A DNA stretch of 64,000 bases from Longimicrobiales bacterium. GTDB lineage: Bacteria; Gemmatimonadota; Gemmatimonadetes; Longimicrobiales; RSA9. The position numbers and the translations under genes were made by a program. The notes beneath the pieces are model-generated. The model searched no databases, was not told where the DNA came from, and was given only the letters and a program-made list of their open reading frames with translations. Each line of letters starts with the position of its first letter. Within the stretch, counting starts at the first letter, position 1. Positions 7,946 through 16,858 of this stretch are shown here, piece by piece. The DNA lies in contig JAWODW010000037.1 of the NCBI GenBank assembly GCA_046483065.1, forward strand, positions 71,308 through 135,307. Reading direction: 5' to 3'.

Positions 7946-10051
7946 ATGGAACGCAAGGTAACGGGGACAGCGCAGCAGCAGGTGCCGCCGCAGGCGCTCC
8001 TGCTCTCGCTGCTCTCGCTCTGGGTCCCCGTCCTTACGTCTTCGTTCTTCCCGGACTGGACCAACGCGGACGTGGGGATCCTGATCTGGCTCCTGGCACT
8101 GATCCCGCCGTTCCTCCTCTCCTATTACCGGGGCTGGAAGGGCGCGTCCCTCGCCCTCGCCGGCGGCATGGCCGCCTTCGCCATCGCTCAGGTCCTGGTC
8201 ACCCTCCTGGGCGCCCAGATCCCCGGCCCCGAGATCATGGTCGGGATCATCGTGATCTTCATCGGCGTGGCCATGGGCAGCGGCGTCCTTTCGTCGCTCT
8301 TCCGGAGCTCGCTGAGCAAGGCCCAGGAGATGGCGCTCACGGACCCGGGCACCGGGCTGCCGAACCGTCGCCATGGGATGCTCCACCTCACCCGGGCCTT
8401 CGCGGCCGCCGAACGGGGCGCGGCGCTCTCAGTCATCATGTTCGACCTCGACAAGTTCAAACGCGTCAACGATCGGTTCGGCCATCAGAAAGGCGACGAA
8501 GTCCTCCGCGTCTTCGCCGAGATCCTCCGCCGTAACACCCGGACCATGAATTTGTCGGTCCGGTTCGGCGGGGAGGAGTTCATGTCCATCCTCGACGGCG
8601 AGACGGCTGAGGAAGCCGCTCTCATGGCCCGACGGGTTTTGCAGGAGCTCCAGAGCATCGAGTGGCCGTGGGGCTCCACCACGGTCTCTGCCGGCATCTC
8701 GGAGTTCGAGGAGGGGATGGCCTCGCCGGATGTGCTCGTCGCCGCCGCGGACCAGGCGCTCTACCGCGCCAAGAGTCACGGCGGGGACGAGGTCGTGGTC
8801 CTGGCCCGGCAGGGCTCCAGCGCCGATGCCGTCGTCACGTCGTCGGCCGACGAGTACCAGGATGACGGCGAGGGGAACGGCGAGCTGGTGCTCGTCGTGG
8901 ATGACGACCCGGCGGTCCTCCGGACGCTGAGCCGGGGCCTGCTCCGTCGCCGCTACCAGCCCATCGAGGCCGGCGACCCCGTGAAGGCGCTCCAGATCGT
9001 TCGGGGCCTCGACGACCCGGTGGATCTCGTGATCACCGACCTGGTGATGCCCGAGATGAGCGGCTTCCGGCTGGTGGAGATGCTCATGGAGATCCAGCCG
9101 GAGGTGCGCGCCCTCTACATCTCGGGCTACTCCAGCGACGAGGTCCGGTGGTCCGGCGTCCCCGGGCGGGTGAAGGCGTTCCTCCCGAAGCCGATCTCGC
9201 TGGACGCCCTGACCCATGCGGTGCGCAGCATCCTGGACGCACCGGCCCCTGCCCCCGAGGCGCGGGACGCGGAGACGGCCACAGAGCTGTCCGTGCCGTC
9301 GACCGCCGCGGACGCCCAGGGCGACCCGGCGGTCGAAGAGGACGCCAACAACGGGTCCCTCACCGATCGCCTGCAGGCCAGCAGTGCCCGGCTCGAAGAG
9401 GCCTACGGCGAGCTCCTGCTCCGCCTGGCGTGGACCGCCGAATACCGGGATGACGTCACCGGCCAGCACGCGGAGCGCGTCGGCCGGCTGTGCGGGATGC
9501 TGGCCCGCGAGCTCGGACTGTCCGAGGAAGCGACCGGTCGCATCGAGCTGGCCGCGCCGCTGCACGACCTGGGGAAGATCGCCGTCCCGGACTCCGTGCT
9601 GCGCAAGCCGGACCCCCTCACGCCCACCGAGCGGGAGATCATGATCCAGCACTGCGTGGTGGGCGCCGACCTCCTGGCCGGGAGCCGGCACCCGCTGGTC
9701 CAGGAGGCCCAGACCATCGCACGCTCCCACCACGAGCGGTGGGACGGCGACGGTTATCCCGACGGGCTCGCGGGCACCGAGATCCCCCTCGCCGCCCGCA
9801 TCACCGCGGTGGCCGACGCCTTCGACAGCCTCACCGACACCCGGCCGTACCGGCCCGCCGTCTCCCGTGACGAAGCCGTACAGCTGATCATGGACGACCG
9901 GGGCCGCCACTTCGACCCCGACGTGGTCGACGCCCTGCTCCGCCTCGACGAGGCCGGCACCCTCGACTCCGTCCAGAAAGGCATCCTGGTCGGCGAGTGG
10001 AAGGGTGGCGTCGGCAACGCCAGCATTGGCACGCGGGTGGGTCAGTCGTAA
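7946..10051 (+). CDS. membrane-anchored GGDEF - receiver - HD-GYP signalling protein
   Basis: N-terminal TM segments. GGDEF domain with an intact GGEEF (RFGGEEFMSIL). REC domain (LVLVVDDD .. ITDLVMPEMSG). HD-GYP domain (PLHDLGK .. HHERWDGDGYPDGL). Confidence 0.85.
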   Translation: MERKVTGTAQQQVPPQALLLSLLSLWVPVLTSSFFPDWTNADVGILIWLLALIPPFLLSYYRGWKGASLALAGGMAAFAIAQVLVTLLGAQIPGPEIMVGIIVIFIGVAMGSGVLSSLFRSSLSKAQEMALTDPGTGLPNRRHGMLHLTRAFAAAERGAALSVIMFDLDKFKRVNDRFGHQKGDEVLRVFAEILRRNTRTMNLSVRFGGEEFMSILDGETAEEAALMARRVLQELQSIEWPWGSTTVSAGISEFEEGMASPDVLVAAADQALYRAKSHGGDEVVVLARQGSSADAVVTSSADEYQDDGEGNGELVLVVDDDPAVLRTLSRGLLRRRYQPIEAGDPVKALQIVRGLDDPVDLVITDLVMPEMSGFRLVEMLMEIQPEVRALYISGYSSDEVRWSGVPGRVKAFLPKPISLDALTHAVRSILDAPAPAPEARDAETATELSVPSTAADAQGDPAVEEDANNGSLTDRLQASSARLEEAYGELLLRLAWTAEYRDDVTGQHAERVGRLCGMLARELGLSEEATGRIELAAPLHDLGKIAVPDSVLRKPDPLTPTEREIMIQHCVVGADLLAGSRHPLVQEAQTIARSHHERWDGDGYPDGLAGTEIPLAARITAVADAFDSLTDTRPYRPAVSRDEAVQLIMDDRGRHFDPDVVDALLRLDEAGTLDSVQKGILVGEWKGGVGNASIGTRVGQS

Positions 10052-10090
10052 CTTTCGAGTACGCCGACACCCCAACAAGGACGGCTGCTC

Positions 10091-10600
10091 ATGACGCGAA
10101 CGATCCTGGGGACAATGGTCGCGGCCACGGCGATCTCAGGGTGCGCCTCGGCACCCCAGCCGACTCCCCTCACAGGACCCTCGGGCGATATCGCGGTGCT
10201 CGAAGGCGAGTGGATCGGTGAGTACAACGCTTACGATTCGTCCCGACGCTCCGGCACCCTCCTCTTCCGCCTCGAAGCCGACCAGGACACGGCATACGGT
10301 GACGTCCTCATGCACGTCGCCGGGCAGGAGACAGCACCGGTGATTCCCCTCACCGCCGAACCGTGGGACGATGTGGCACCGAGCCACATCCTCCGCGTTA
10401 CGTTCGTGCCCGCCGCCGACGGCTCCGTCTTCGGCCGGCTCGACACGTACAACGATCCCGTCTGTGGATGCGAGGTCCGGACCACGCTGACGGGCCACGT
10501 CCGGGAGAACCTCATCGAGGGAAGCTACACCACCGAACACCTCAACGGCGCCGATCGGACCACCGGGCGATGGCGCGTAGTGCGCACCTTCCCCGACTGA
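10091..10600 (+). CDS. hypothetical lipoprotein
   Basis: Signal plus lipobox (VAATAISGC). 169 aa with balanced composition. Confidence 0.6.
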   Translation: MTRTILGTMVAATAISGCASAPQPTPLTGPSGDIAVLEGEWIGEYNAYDSSRRSGTLLFRLEADQDTAYGDVLMHVAGQETAPVIPLTAEPWDDVAPSHILRVTFVPAADGSVFGRLDTYNDPVCGCEVRTTLTGHVRENLIEGSYTTEHLNGADRTTGRWRVVRTFPD

Positions 10601-10688
10601 CCCCGGCGGCGGCGACCGCAGCGATGCAGCGAGCCCCGGGGTGACGTCGTCACCCCGGGGCTCCCGCGCCCGCCACTGCCGGAACGCC

Positions 10689-11102
10689 TCAGACGGCTAC
10701 CGGCACCTCCTGCTCAATCCGAACCGCCACCTCGGAACCCGTCACCAGCGTGTTGTGGGCGGGACAGCTCTTCGCCACCCGCTCCAGGACCTCCGAATAC
10801 TCCTCAGGGATCGCCTCCTGAAGGATCACCCGGATGTCGAACTTGCCGATCCGGCCCGGGTTCCGGGCACCGATCTGCTCCACCTCCACCCGCATGCCCT
10901 CGTACGGCAACCCCCGCGTCTCACAGAACTGCTGCACATACAGTGCTACACACGTGCCCACCGACGCCCCCATCAGCTCCAGCGGCATGGGACCCTCATC
11001 GTTCCCCACCGCCTTCGGCTGATCCACGATCACCCGGTGCCCCCGGATATCCGTCGCGAACTTCAACCCACCCTCGTGGGTCACCACCATTGGCTGTGCC
11101 AT
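10689..11102 (-). CDS. OsmC/Ohr-family peroxiredoxin-like protein
   Basis: 137 aa with the OsmC pattern (GPMPLELMGASVGTCVALY .. VAKSCPAHNTL) and two conserved Cys. SD ggaggt upstream. Confidence 0.8.
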   Translation of the reverse strand: MAQPMVVTHEGGLKFATDIRGHRVIVDQPKAVGNDEGPMPLELMGASVGTCVALYVQQFCETRGLPYEGMRVEVEQIGARNPGRIGKFDIRVILQEAIPEEYSEVLERVAKSCPAHNTLVTGSEVAVRIEQEVPVAV

Positions 11103-11197
11103 TGTCAGACCTCCGTGTTTATTACTAGTCGATTATATAGTCTGACATAACATACACGCTGTGGGGCCCCCGGTACAGGGGGAGGGCGTAGAGCGAT

Positions 11198-12385
11198 CTA
11201 CTGATACTGGATATAGACGGGGACGGGCTCGAGCTCGAGGAGCTCGGCGGGAGTCAGCAGGACGGAGCCGTTCCGAAGGTCGTTGCGGAAAAAGAGCTTG
11301 AACCCGGTGAACTGGTCGGCTTCCGGGGCGACGATGTCCCGGTAGGCGGCTCGTTTCTGTGGGGGACCGCCCCAGCCGTCCATGTTGATCACCACCTGCA
11401 CGCGGGGGTCCCGCCGGATCTCGTCGGCCCGCTGGAGCATGGAGGTAGTGAACCGGTGCACCACGAGGACCTTGGGCGGGAGGTGGTAGCGCTCGACGAT
11501 GTCGGCGAGGAAGTCGACGGCGTAGTTGATGTCGTCGGCGGTGAGGGACCCGATCTGCCGGCCGGGGATGGCGTCCGCCGACATGGCCCACTCGGGGTCC
11601 AGCGCCAGGTGGACATCGGGGCGGGCGAGCCAGCGTTCCAACGGCGCCAGCTCGGCGGGAACCGTGCTCCGCCCGGGCTGGACATCGAGGAAGAGGAGCG
11701 CGTCGCGGCGCTCGGCCCAGCCGGCCACCTCCCGAATCCGGCTGTCCGGCATACGGAGCCGGAAGAGGCTGTCGCGGCCCGGGTCGCCGGTGGCCATCAC
11801 GGCGATCATCTGGAGCGCCGGCCGCACGGGCGTTGACGGATCGGCCCGGCGCCACGCCTCCACCTCGGCATCGAGTCGCGCCAGCATCGCGTCGGGCGGC
11901 AGCTCCCCCAGAATCCCCATGTGCTCCGACGCCGGGTTGCCGTAGAAGGCCACGATACGGGTCTGCGGAAGCAGGGCTCCCGGAAGAATGGGGACCGGGA
12001 GCGGCACCGCACGCGACGGCGTCGCTCCGGCCGCACCGGGAAGATCAGCCGGCATGGGGTCCTCTACCGTCGGGGACGCGGTGTCGGCCGCCGTCAGGGC
12101 GTCAGGGGTCAGCGTGTCCGGGGCCAGGGTGTCAGCCGCCACGGCGGGCTCCGCCTCCGGCGCCGCGGAGTCGGGCTCCGCCGGGTCCGCCGCCACGGTA
12201 TCCGGACCCTCCGCGCGGACGTCGGGCCAGGCCTCCGGCCCGCTCACGCCCGGGCCACCACCCCCAGCGCACGCCGTGGCAACCGCCAGGACGGCCGGGA
12301 GCCACCACTGCCTCCCCACGGCACCCCGACCGGTCGAGCGTCTGCCCACCGCGTCCGCATCCCGATCCTCTACCTGCCAGCGCAC
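11198..12385 (-). CDS. hypothetical lipoprotein with a disordered A/D/P/T linker and a conserved C-terminal domain
   Basis: Lipobox VATAC, then a low-complexity linker, then a globular part (IVAFYGNPASEHMGILGE .. FLDVQPGRS .. LALDPEWAM). Confidence 0.6.
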   Translation of the reverse strand: MRWQVEDRDADAVGRRSTGRGAVGRQWWLPAVLAVATACAGGGGPGVSGPEAWPDVRAEGPDTVAADPAEPDSAAPEAEPAVAADTLAPDTLTPDALTAADTASPTVEDPMPADLPGAAGATPSRAVPLPVPILPGALLPQTRIVAFYGNPASEHMGILGELPPDAMLARLDAEVEAWRRADPSTPVRPALQMIAVMATGDPGRDSLFRLRMPDSRIREVAGWAERRDALLFLDVQPGRSTVPAELAPLERWLARPDVHLALDPEWAMSADAIPGRQIGSLTADDINYAVDFLADIVERYHLPPKVLVVHRFTTSMLQRADEIRRDPRVQVVINMDGWGGPPQKRAAYRDIVAPEADQFTGFKLFFRNDLRNGSVLLTPAELLELEPVPVYIQYQ

Positions 12386-12680
12386 CCTCTGCCTCGCTCC
12401 TGCTCCTGTTCGTGTCGGTCCGAAACCTCGCCGTGGATCGGCCGGGCGGCAAGCCGTCGACCCCAGCGGCCGGGGCTCGTCCCCGCCATCGAGCCCCGCC
12501 CACAGCCCCAGTTCCGTCGTAGCCCGTCAACGCCGCGTAGGGGGTTCCCCCACACCCGGTTGACGGCTGTAGTACATTCCTCTACAGTTGAATAGTAAAC
12601 GGGTTACGGAGGCCTGGACATCCCTGGGCTCGGAATCGGTAGACAGAACCACGAACAGACAACGGACGGGAAGAGGTTCC

Positions 12681-13952
12681 ATGAGCGGGAAGGGCAGTGA
12701 GACAGGGCCGGCGGCGCTCGCGCCCATGGGGCAGGAGCCGTGGCCCGGCGTGATCACTGCGGGTCAGCCCCGGCGCCCCGAGCGGGACCGGGGCGCTGCA
12801 CCGGTGGTGGTGTACTGTGCGTCGGGGAACCGGGAGCTGGCCCGACGAACGGGCGCCCGACTCTATCTCTCGGGCGAGGGGGGCGAAGACTGGAGCTACG
12901 CGTTTGCGGAGGAAGAGGGCGCGATCCTGCTCCGGGACGGCGACGCGTTCGACGTGGGCAGCATCCGGATCGAGGCGGTGCACACGCCCGACCACACGCC
13001 GGAGCACCTGACCTTTCTGGTGACCGATCGGACGGTCTCCGACCGGCCCATGGCAGCGCTCACCGGCGACTTCGTCTTCGTGGGCGACGTGGGGCGCCCG
13101 GACCTCCTGGAGAAGGCCGCCGGCGTCACCGATACCATGGAGGCCGCGGCGCGCACTCTCTACCGCAGCCTGGGCCGGTTCCGGGGCGAGCAGCCCGACT
13201 GGCTCCAGATCTGGCCGGGGCACGGCGCCGGGAGCGCATGCGGGAAGGGGATCGGCTCCATCCCCCGGTCCACGGTGGGCTACGAGACGCTCACCAACTG
13301 GGCCTTCGCCCACACCGACGAGGACAGCTTTGTCGAAGCTGTTCTCGAAGGGCAGCCGGAGCCGCCGAAGTACTTCGCGGAGATGAAGCGGATCAACCGC
13401 GCCTTCACCACCTGGGCCGGCTGGCTGGTGGACTACCGTGAGGATTTCTATCTCATCGGGGACGAGGCGGCGGTGACCGAGGCCGTTCGTGACCTCGCCA
13501 TGGTGGGCCGCGACCGGGTCGCCGGCGTATTCCGCACCACCGCCGTCGACGCCTCGGGCAGCGCCCCCGGCGGCCTGGGAGCCATCGACGTCGTCGATGA
13601 GGAGACGGTGGCACGAATGGCCGAAAACGATGAGGTTACGATCCTGGACATCCGGGCCGCCGCCGAGTGGCAGGACGTCCGGATCCCTGGTGCGATTCAC
13701 GTCCCGTTGGGATACCTTCCGGACCGGATCAATCAGGTTCCCACGGACCGCCCGCTGGTGGTCCATTGCGAGTCCGGCGGCCGGAGCCCCATCGCGGCAA
13801 GCCTGCTCCGGGCGCTGGGGGTGGACCAGGTGCTGGACTTCCGGGGCGGGACCCAGGGCTGGCAGGAGGCGCGGCGCCCCGTGGAGCGGGGCACAACCCC
13901 TCGCGAGCCCGCCGAACCGGACCGGTCGGCCGGTGAGCCGCTGGCCGCGTGA
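12681..13952 (+). CDS. persulfide dioxygenase (MBL-fold)-rhodanese fusion lacking the N-terminal HxHxDH block (possibly degenerate)
   Basis: Track ORF 12588..13952. The ATG at 12681 has an SD (gggaagagg). Family-like sequence starts only at SGNRELARRTGARLYLS. It continues with HTPDHTPEH, TGDFVFVGDVGRPDL, WPGHGAGSACGK and a C-terminal rhodanese domain with the active loop HCESGGRS. Confidence 0.6.
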   Translation: MSGKGSETGPAALAPMGQEPWPGVITAGQPRRPERDRGAAPVVVYCASGNRELARRTGARLYLSGEGGEDWSYAFAEEEGAILLRDGDAFDVGSIRIEAVHTPDHTPEHLTFLVTDRTVSDRPMAALTGDFVFVGDVGRPDLLEKAAGVTDTMEAAARTLYRSLGRFRGEQPDWLQIWPGHGAGSACGKGIGSIPRSTVGYETLTNWAFAHTDEDSFVEAVLEGQPEPPKYFAEMKRINRAFTTWAGWLVDYREDFYLIGDEAAVTEAVRDLAMVGRDRVAGVFRTTAVDASGSAPGGLGAIDVVDEETVARMAENDEVTILDIRAAAEWQDVRIPGAIHVPLGYLPDRINQVPTDRPLVVHCESGGRSPIAASLLRALGVDQVLDFRGGTQGWQEARRPVERGTTPREPAEPDRSAGEPLAA

Positions 13953-14317
13953 TGCACGCCATGCTGGAGGTGCTGATGGGAGAGAGCACAGACAAACCGC
14001 TGACGCCGGAGGTCATGGAGCTCGTGGCCGAACGGTTCAAGGCCCTCGGCGAACCCGCTCGCCTGCAGATCCTGCAGGCGCTCCGCGCCGGGGAGCAGAC
14101 CGTATCGGAGCTGGTGGAGGCCACCGGCCTCGGCCAGGCGAACGTCTCCAAGCACCTCCAGCTCTTGCACGGCCTCGGGTTCGTGGAACGGCGCAAGGAG
14201 GGGCTCTACGTTCACTACCGCCTGTCCGGCGAGGACATCTTCTACATGTGCGACCTCATGTGCGGCCGCATCGCGGATGAGACCGATCGGACCCGGGAGC
14301 TGCTCCAGGGGGATTAG
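13949..14317 (+). CDS. ArsR/SmtB-family transcriptional regulator (BigR/persulfide-sensor-like context)
   Basis: HTH (LGEPARLQILQAL .. VSELVEATGLGQANVSKHLQLL). C-terminal Cys pair (MCDLMC). ATGA overlap with the upstream gene. Confidence 0.8.
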   Translation: MMHAMLEVLMGESTDKPLTPEVMELVAERFKALGEPARLQILQALRAGEQTVSELVEATGLGQANVSKHLQLLHGLGFVERRKEGLYVHYRLSGEDIFYMCDLMCGRIADETDRTRELLQGD

Positions 14318-14335
14318 GGACCCCGGGAGCCGCTG

Positions 14336-14935
14336 CTAACGGTCGGCCAGCGCTCCGGTCAGGCACTCCCGCCACTCGGCCTCGGCCTTGATCCGCTGCA
14401 GCGCCCGGCGGACGATCACGTCGTTGCCGGGACCGATGACCTTCCAGTAGCGGACGAACTGTCGGCGTGCCTCGTCGTCGGTGGCCTCGACCCTGGCCAC
14501 GTAGTGCAGGATCGACTGGTCGTAGCCGAGGCTCTCCGCCCGGGAGGAGACGGCCAGCTTCAGGTAGCCGGGCTCGTCGAACGAGCCGAAGTCCTCGGGC
14601 GCCACGTCCCTGGCCCCGTAGTCCCGACGCCAGAACTTGCCGATGGCCCCCAGGACCAGCTCCTTGCCCTCCTCCTCACCGAGCTTGATCCACCCCGGCC
14701 CCACATCGGGGATGTTCGTGAAGGAGACGTCGTCGAGCCTGGCGGCGTCACCCCCCAGCTGACGGGCCAGCCGGTTCGGCAGGTCGCGCACCATGAACAG
14801 GGTGTTGATCACCGGGTCCTTCAGGTCGGTCCCCTTGATGACCGCAAGGACCTCCTTCGGTACCGCTTCCACCTCCAGTTCCCGCGTCTCCTCGAAGTCG
14901 GGGTCGGGAATGAATCGATCGATCAGCTTCTCCAT
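14336..14935 (-). CDS. hypothetical protein
   Basis: The ATG at 14935 is preceded by ggagaggag. 199 aa with balanced composition (MEKLIDRFIPDPDFEETRELEVEA..). Confidence 0.6.
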   Translation of the reverse strand: MEKLIDRFIPDPDFEETRELEVEAVPKEVLAVIKGTDLKDPVINTLFMVRDLPNRLARQLGGDAARLDDVSFTNIPDVGPGWIKLGEEEGKELVLGAIGKFWRRDYGARDVAPEDFGSFDEPGYLKLAVSSRAESLGYDQSILHYVARVEATDDEARRQFVRYWKVIGPGNDVIVRRALQRIKAEAEWRECLTGALADR

Positions 14936-15070
14936 GGACTCCTCTCCAGTCCGGCTCCCTCGCGTCACGAACGGATGCTACTACGAAGCCGCATCTGAAC
15001 GATGGATGATACCGTCGCGCAGGCATAGTGGGAAACGGAGGGTCTCCGTGTGGGGGAAACCCTGACACGG

Positions 15071-16594
15071 TCACGGCCGCGACCCGGCCGCCTCGGCTTC
15101 CGGCGTGGCCCCGGCGACGGCCGCCCGCCGTTCCGGGGTGGCCGCCACCAGGATCAGCGTAGCGGCCACGGCCGACGTGAGGCACCACGCGCAGCTCGCC
15201 CCTATGACGAACGGCTCGAGGAACGTGAGGTAGATAGAAAAGCCAGTGGCACCGAGCGCCATCCACCAGGTGGCGCTCCGCGCCGCGAACCGGGCCTCCG
15301 GGACGAGCCGGCCGGCCGCCCACGTCGCCAGGAGGACGGCGTACCCCACCACCCCCAGCACGCCGATGGGCACGCCCAGCAGCCGGGCGTACGGGCTCTG
15401 CTGCACGATGTTGCAGTTCCCCACCGGGCCGCACACGGCATCCGCACCCGTGACCTCCACCACGGCCAGGTACGCGGCTACGCCCAGCCCCACCACCGCC
15501 AGGGCGGGGATAGCCCACACCGGCGGAGACGGGATCCGAATCCGACCGGCGAGGTCGCCGAGGACCAGGAGGAGCACGGCCAGCATGACGATCAGCACCG
15601 CGATGGCGAATCCGTTGCCGGCCGGGTCGAGCATGAGCCGCTGCCGTACCGAAAGCTCGTGGACCAGCGACATCCGTCCGTCGGCGTCCAGGGCGCCCGC
15701 AAGTAGCGAATCCTCCGCCGTGACCCGGGACTCCGGCCCCTCTACGGGCTCCGGGCGCTCCGCCGGGTCCTCCAGCTCCCCACGCGTCGGGCCCGAGCCC
15801 GCGTCTTCTTCTGGCGCGGTATCCGCGTGCTCCGGCTGCGAGTCCCGAGTTTCGTCGGGCAGCACTTCCGGGCCGACCTCTGCGTCGGCCGGTGGGACCG
15901 CTGCATCCGGCTCCGCCGCCGCGGATTCCGGCGCCGGGTCGGACGCGGAGTCCCCGGGCGGCTCATCGGCTCCGGGCGCCTGCGCGTCAGCTTCTTCCGG
16001 GCTCTGCGGGGCCTCCTGATCCGCTGTGGTCTCGCGGGCCGTATCCGCGCCGGCTGTATCCGTCGCGGCGGTCTCGGCGCCTGTCGCCTCCCCGGACGTT
16101 GCCACCGCCGACTGGGGGATCACCCCCTGCGCGGCCAGCGCCTGCCGGATCAGGGGGACCGGAGGCCAGTCGATACCGGAGCCAGCCAGCGCGCTGTCGG
16201 CGATGTCCGGCAGCAGCCCCGGGATCTCGATGGAGCCGACGAGTAGCCTGGAGCCGACCAGAAGGGCCGGCACGCCGGCCCGTTCCCGGGGCACGGCCAG
16301 CGCTTCGACCGTGGCCCGGTAGAGCTGCTGGCCGCCGGGCGTGGCGGTATTGACGCTGACGATCTGGAGCCCGTCGCCGTAGCGGCTCAGGATCGGCGGG
16401 AGGGTCTCGGTCATGACCTCCCGGCAGTGGGAACAGGTCGGCGAGTAGAAGAGGACGCCGTGGACCACGGGCGCCTCCTGTGTCACGGACTCCTCCTCCG
16501 TCGGCGGCGCCTCCTGCGCCGCCGCCTCCTGGGCCCCGGCAAGTGCCGGGGTCATCAGCAGGAGCATACCCCACCAACGGACACAGCCCTTCAT
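15071..16594 (-). CDS. thioredoxin-like domain fused N-terminally to a vitamin K epoxide reductase (VKOR) membrane domain
   Basis: Signal peptide, then a Trx-like CxxC (FYSPTCSHC), then an acidic A/E/P/D/T linker of about 170 aa. Next come 5 TM segments with the VKOR loop Cys pair (VCGPVGNC) and the TM CxxC (SCAWC). Confidence 0.8.
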   Translation of the reverse strand: MKGCVRWWGMLLLMTPALAGAQEAAAQEAPPTEEESVTQEAPVVHGVLFYSPTCSHCREVMTETLPPILSRYGDGLQIVSVNTATPGGQQLYRATVEALAVPRERAGVPALLVGSRLLVGSIEIPGLLPDIADSALAGSGIDWPPVPLIRQALAAQGVIPQSAVATSGEATGAETAATDTAGADTARETTADQEAPQSPEEADAQAPGADEPPGDSASDPAPESAAAEPDAAVPPADAEVGPEVLPDETRDSQPEHADTAPEEDAGSGPTRGELEDPAERPEPVEGPESRVTAEDSLLAGALDADGRMSLVHELSVRQRLMLDPAGNGFAIAVLIVMLAVLLLVLGDLAGRIRIPSPPVWAIPALAVVGLGVAAYLAVVEVTGADAVCGPVGNCNIVQQSPYARLLGVPIGVLGVVGYAVLLATWAAGRLVPEARFAARSATWWMALGATGFSIYLTFLEPFVIGASCAWCLTSAVAATLILVAATPERRAAVAGATPEAEAAGSRP

Positions 16595-16858
16595 CTATCC
16601 CTCCTCACCGTCCAACGGGACGGCGGCTGGTCTCGAGACGCGGGTGGGGCCCGGCCCCAAACATATCGCCGATGGCGGCTTCGTTCCATGCGCACCGGCC
16701 CGTGCCTTGACGGGCCGCCGTCGGTCCGGGAGTATGCGGCAGGGTAAACCCGCCCGAAACGGTCCGGGATCCGGCCGTGTGCCCGGTCCCGGCGACGAAT
16801 AGAACGCGAGGACGGCCTCGTGGCCGTCGCTCACGATCGCAGCCGAGAGGAGAGGTCT

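Noticed and set aside
4955-10078. Long minus-strand ORFs 4955..6136, 6456..7928 and 8429..10078
   Set aside because: They are antisense to the FadL-like, SGNH and GGDEF-REC-HD-GYP genes respectively, with low-complexity Arg/Gly/Asp/Val-rich translations.
12588-12680. ATG at 12588 as the start of the MBL-rhodanese gene
   Set aside because: It lies inside the predicted promoter and AT-rich hairpin region and has no SD. The ATG at 12681 has gggaagagg upstream. Neither start restores the missing MBL N-terminal motif.
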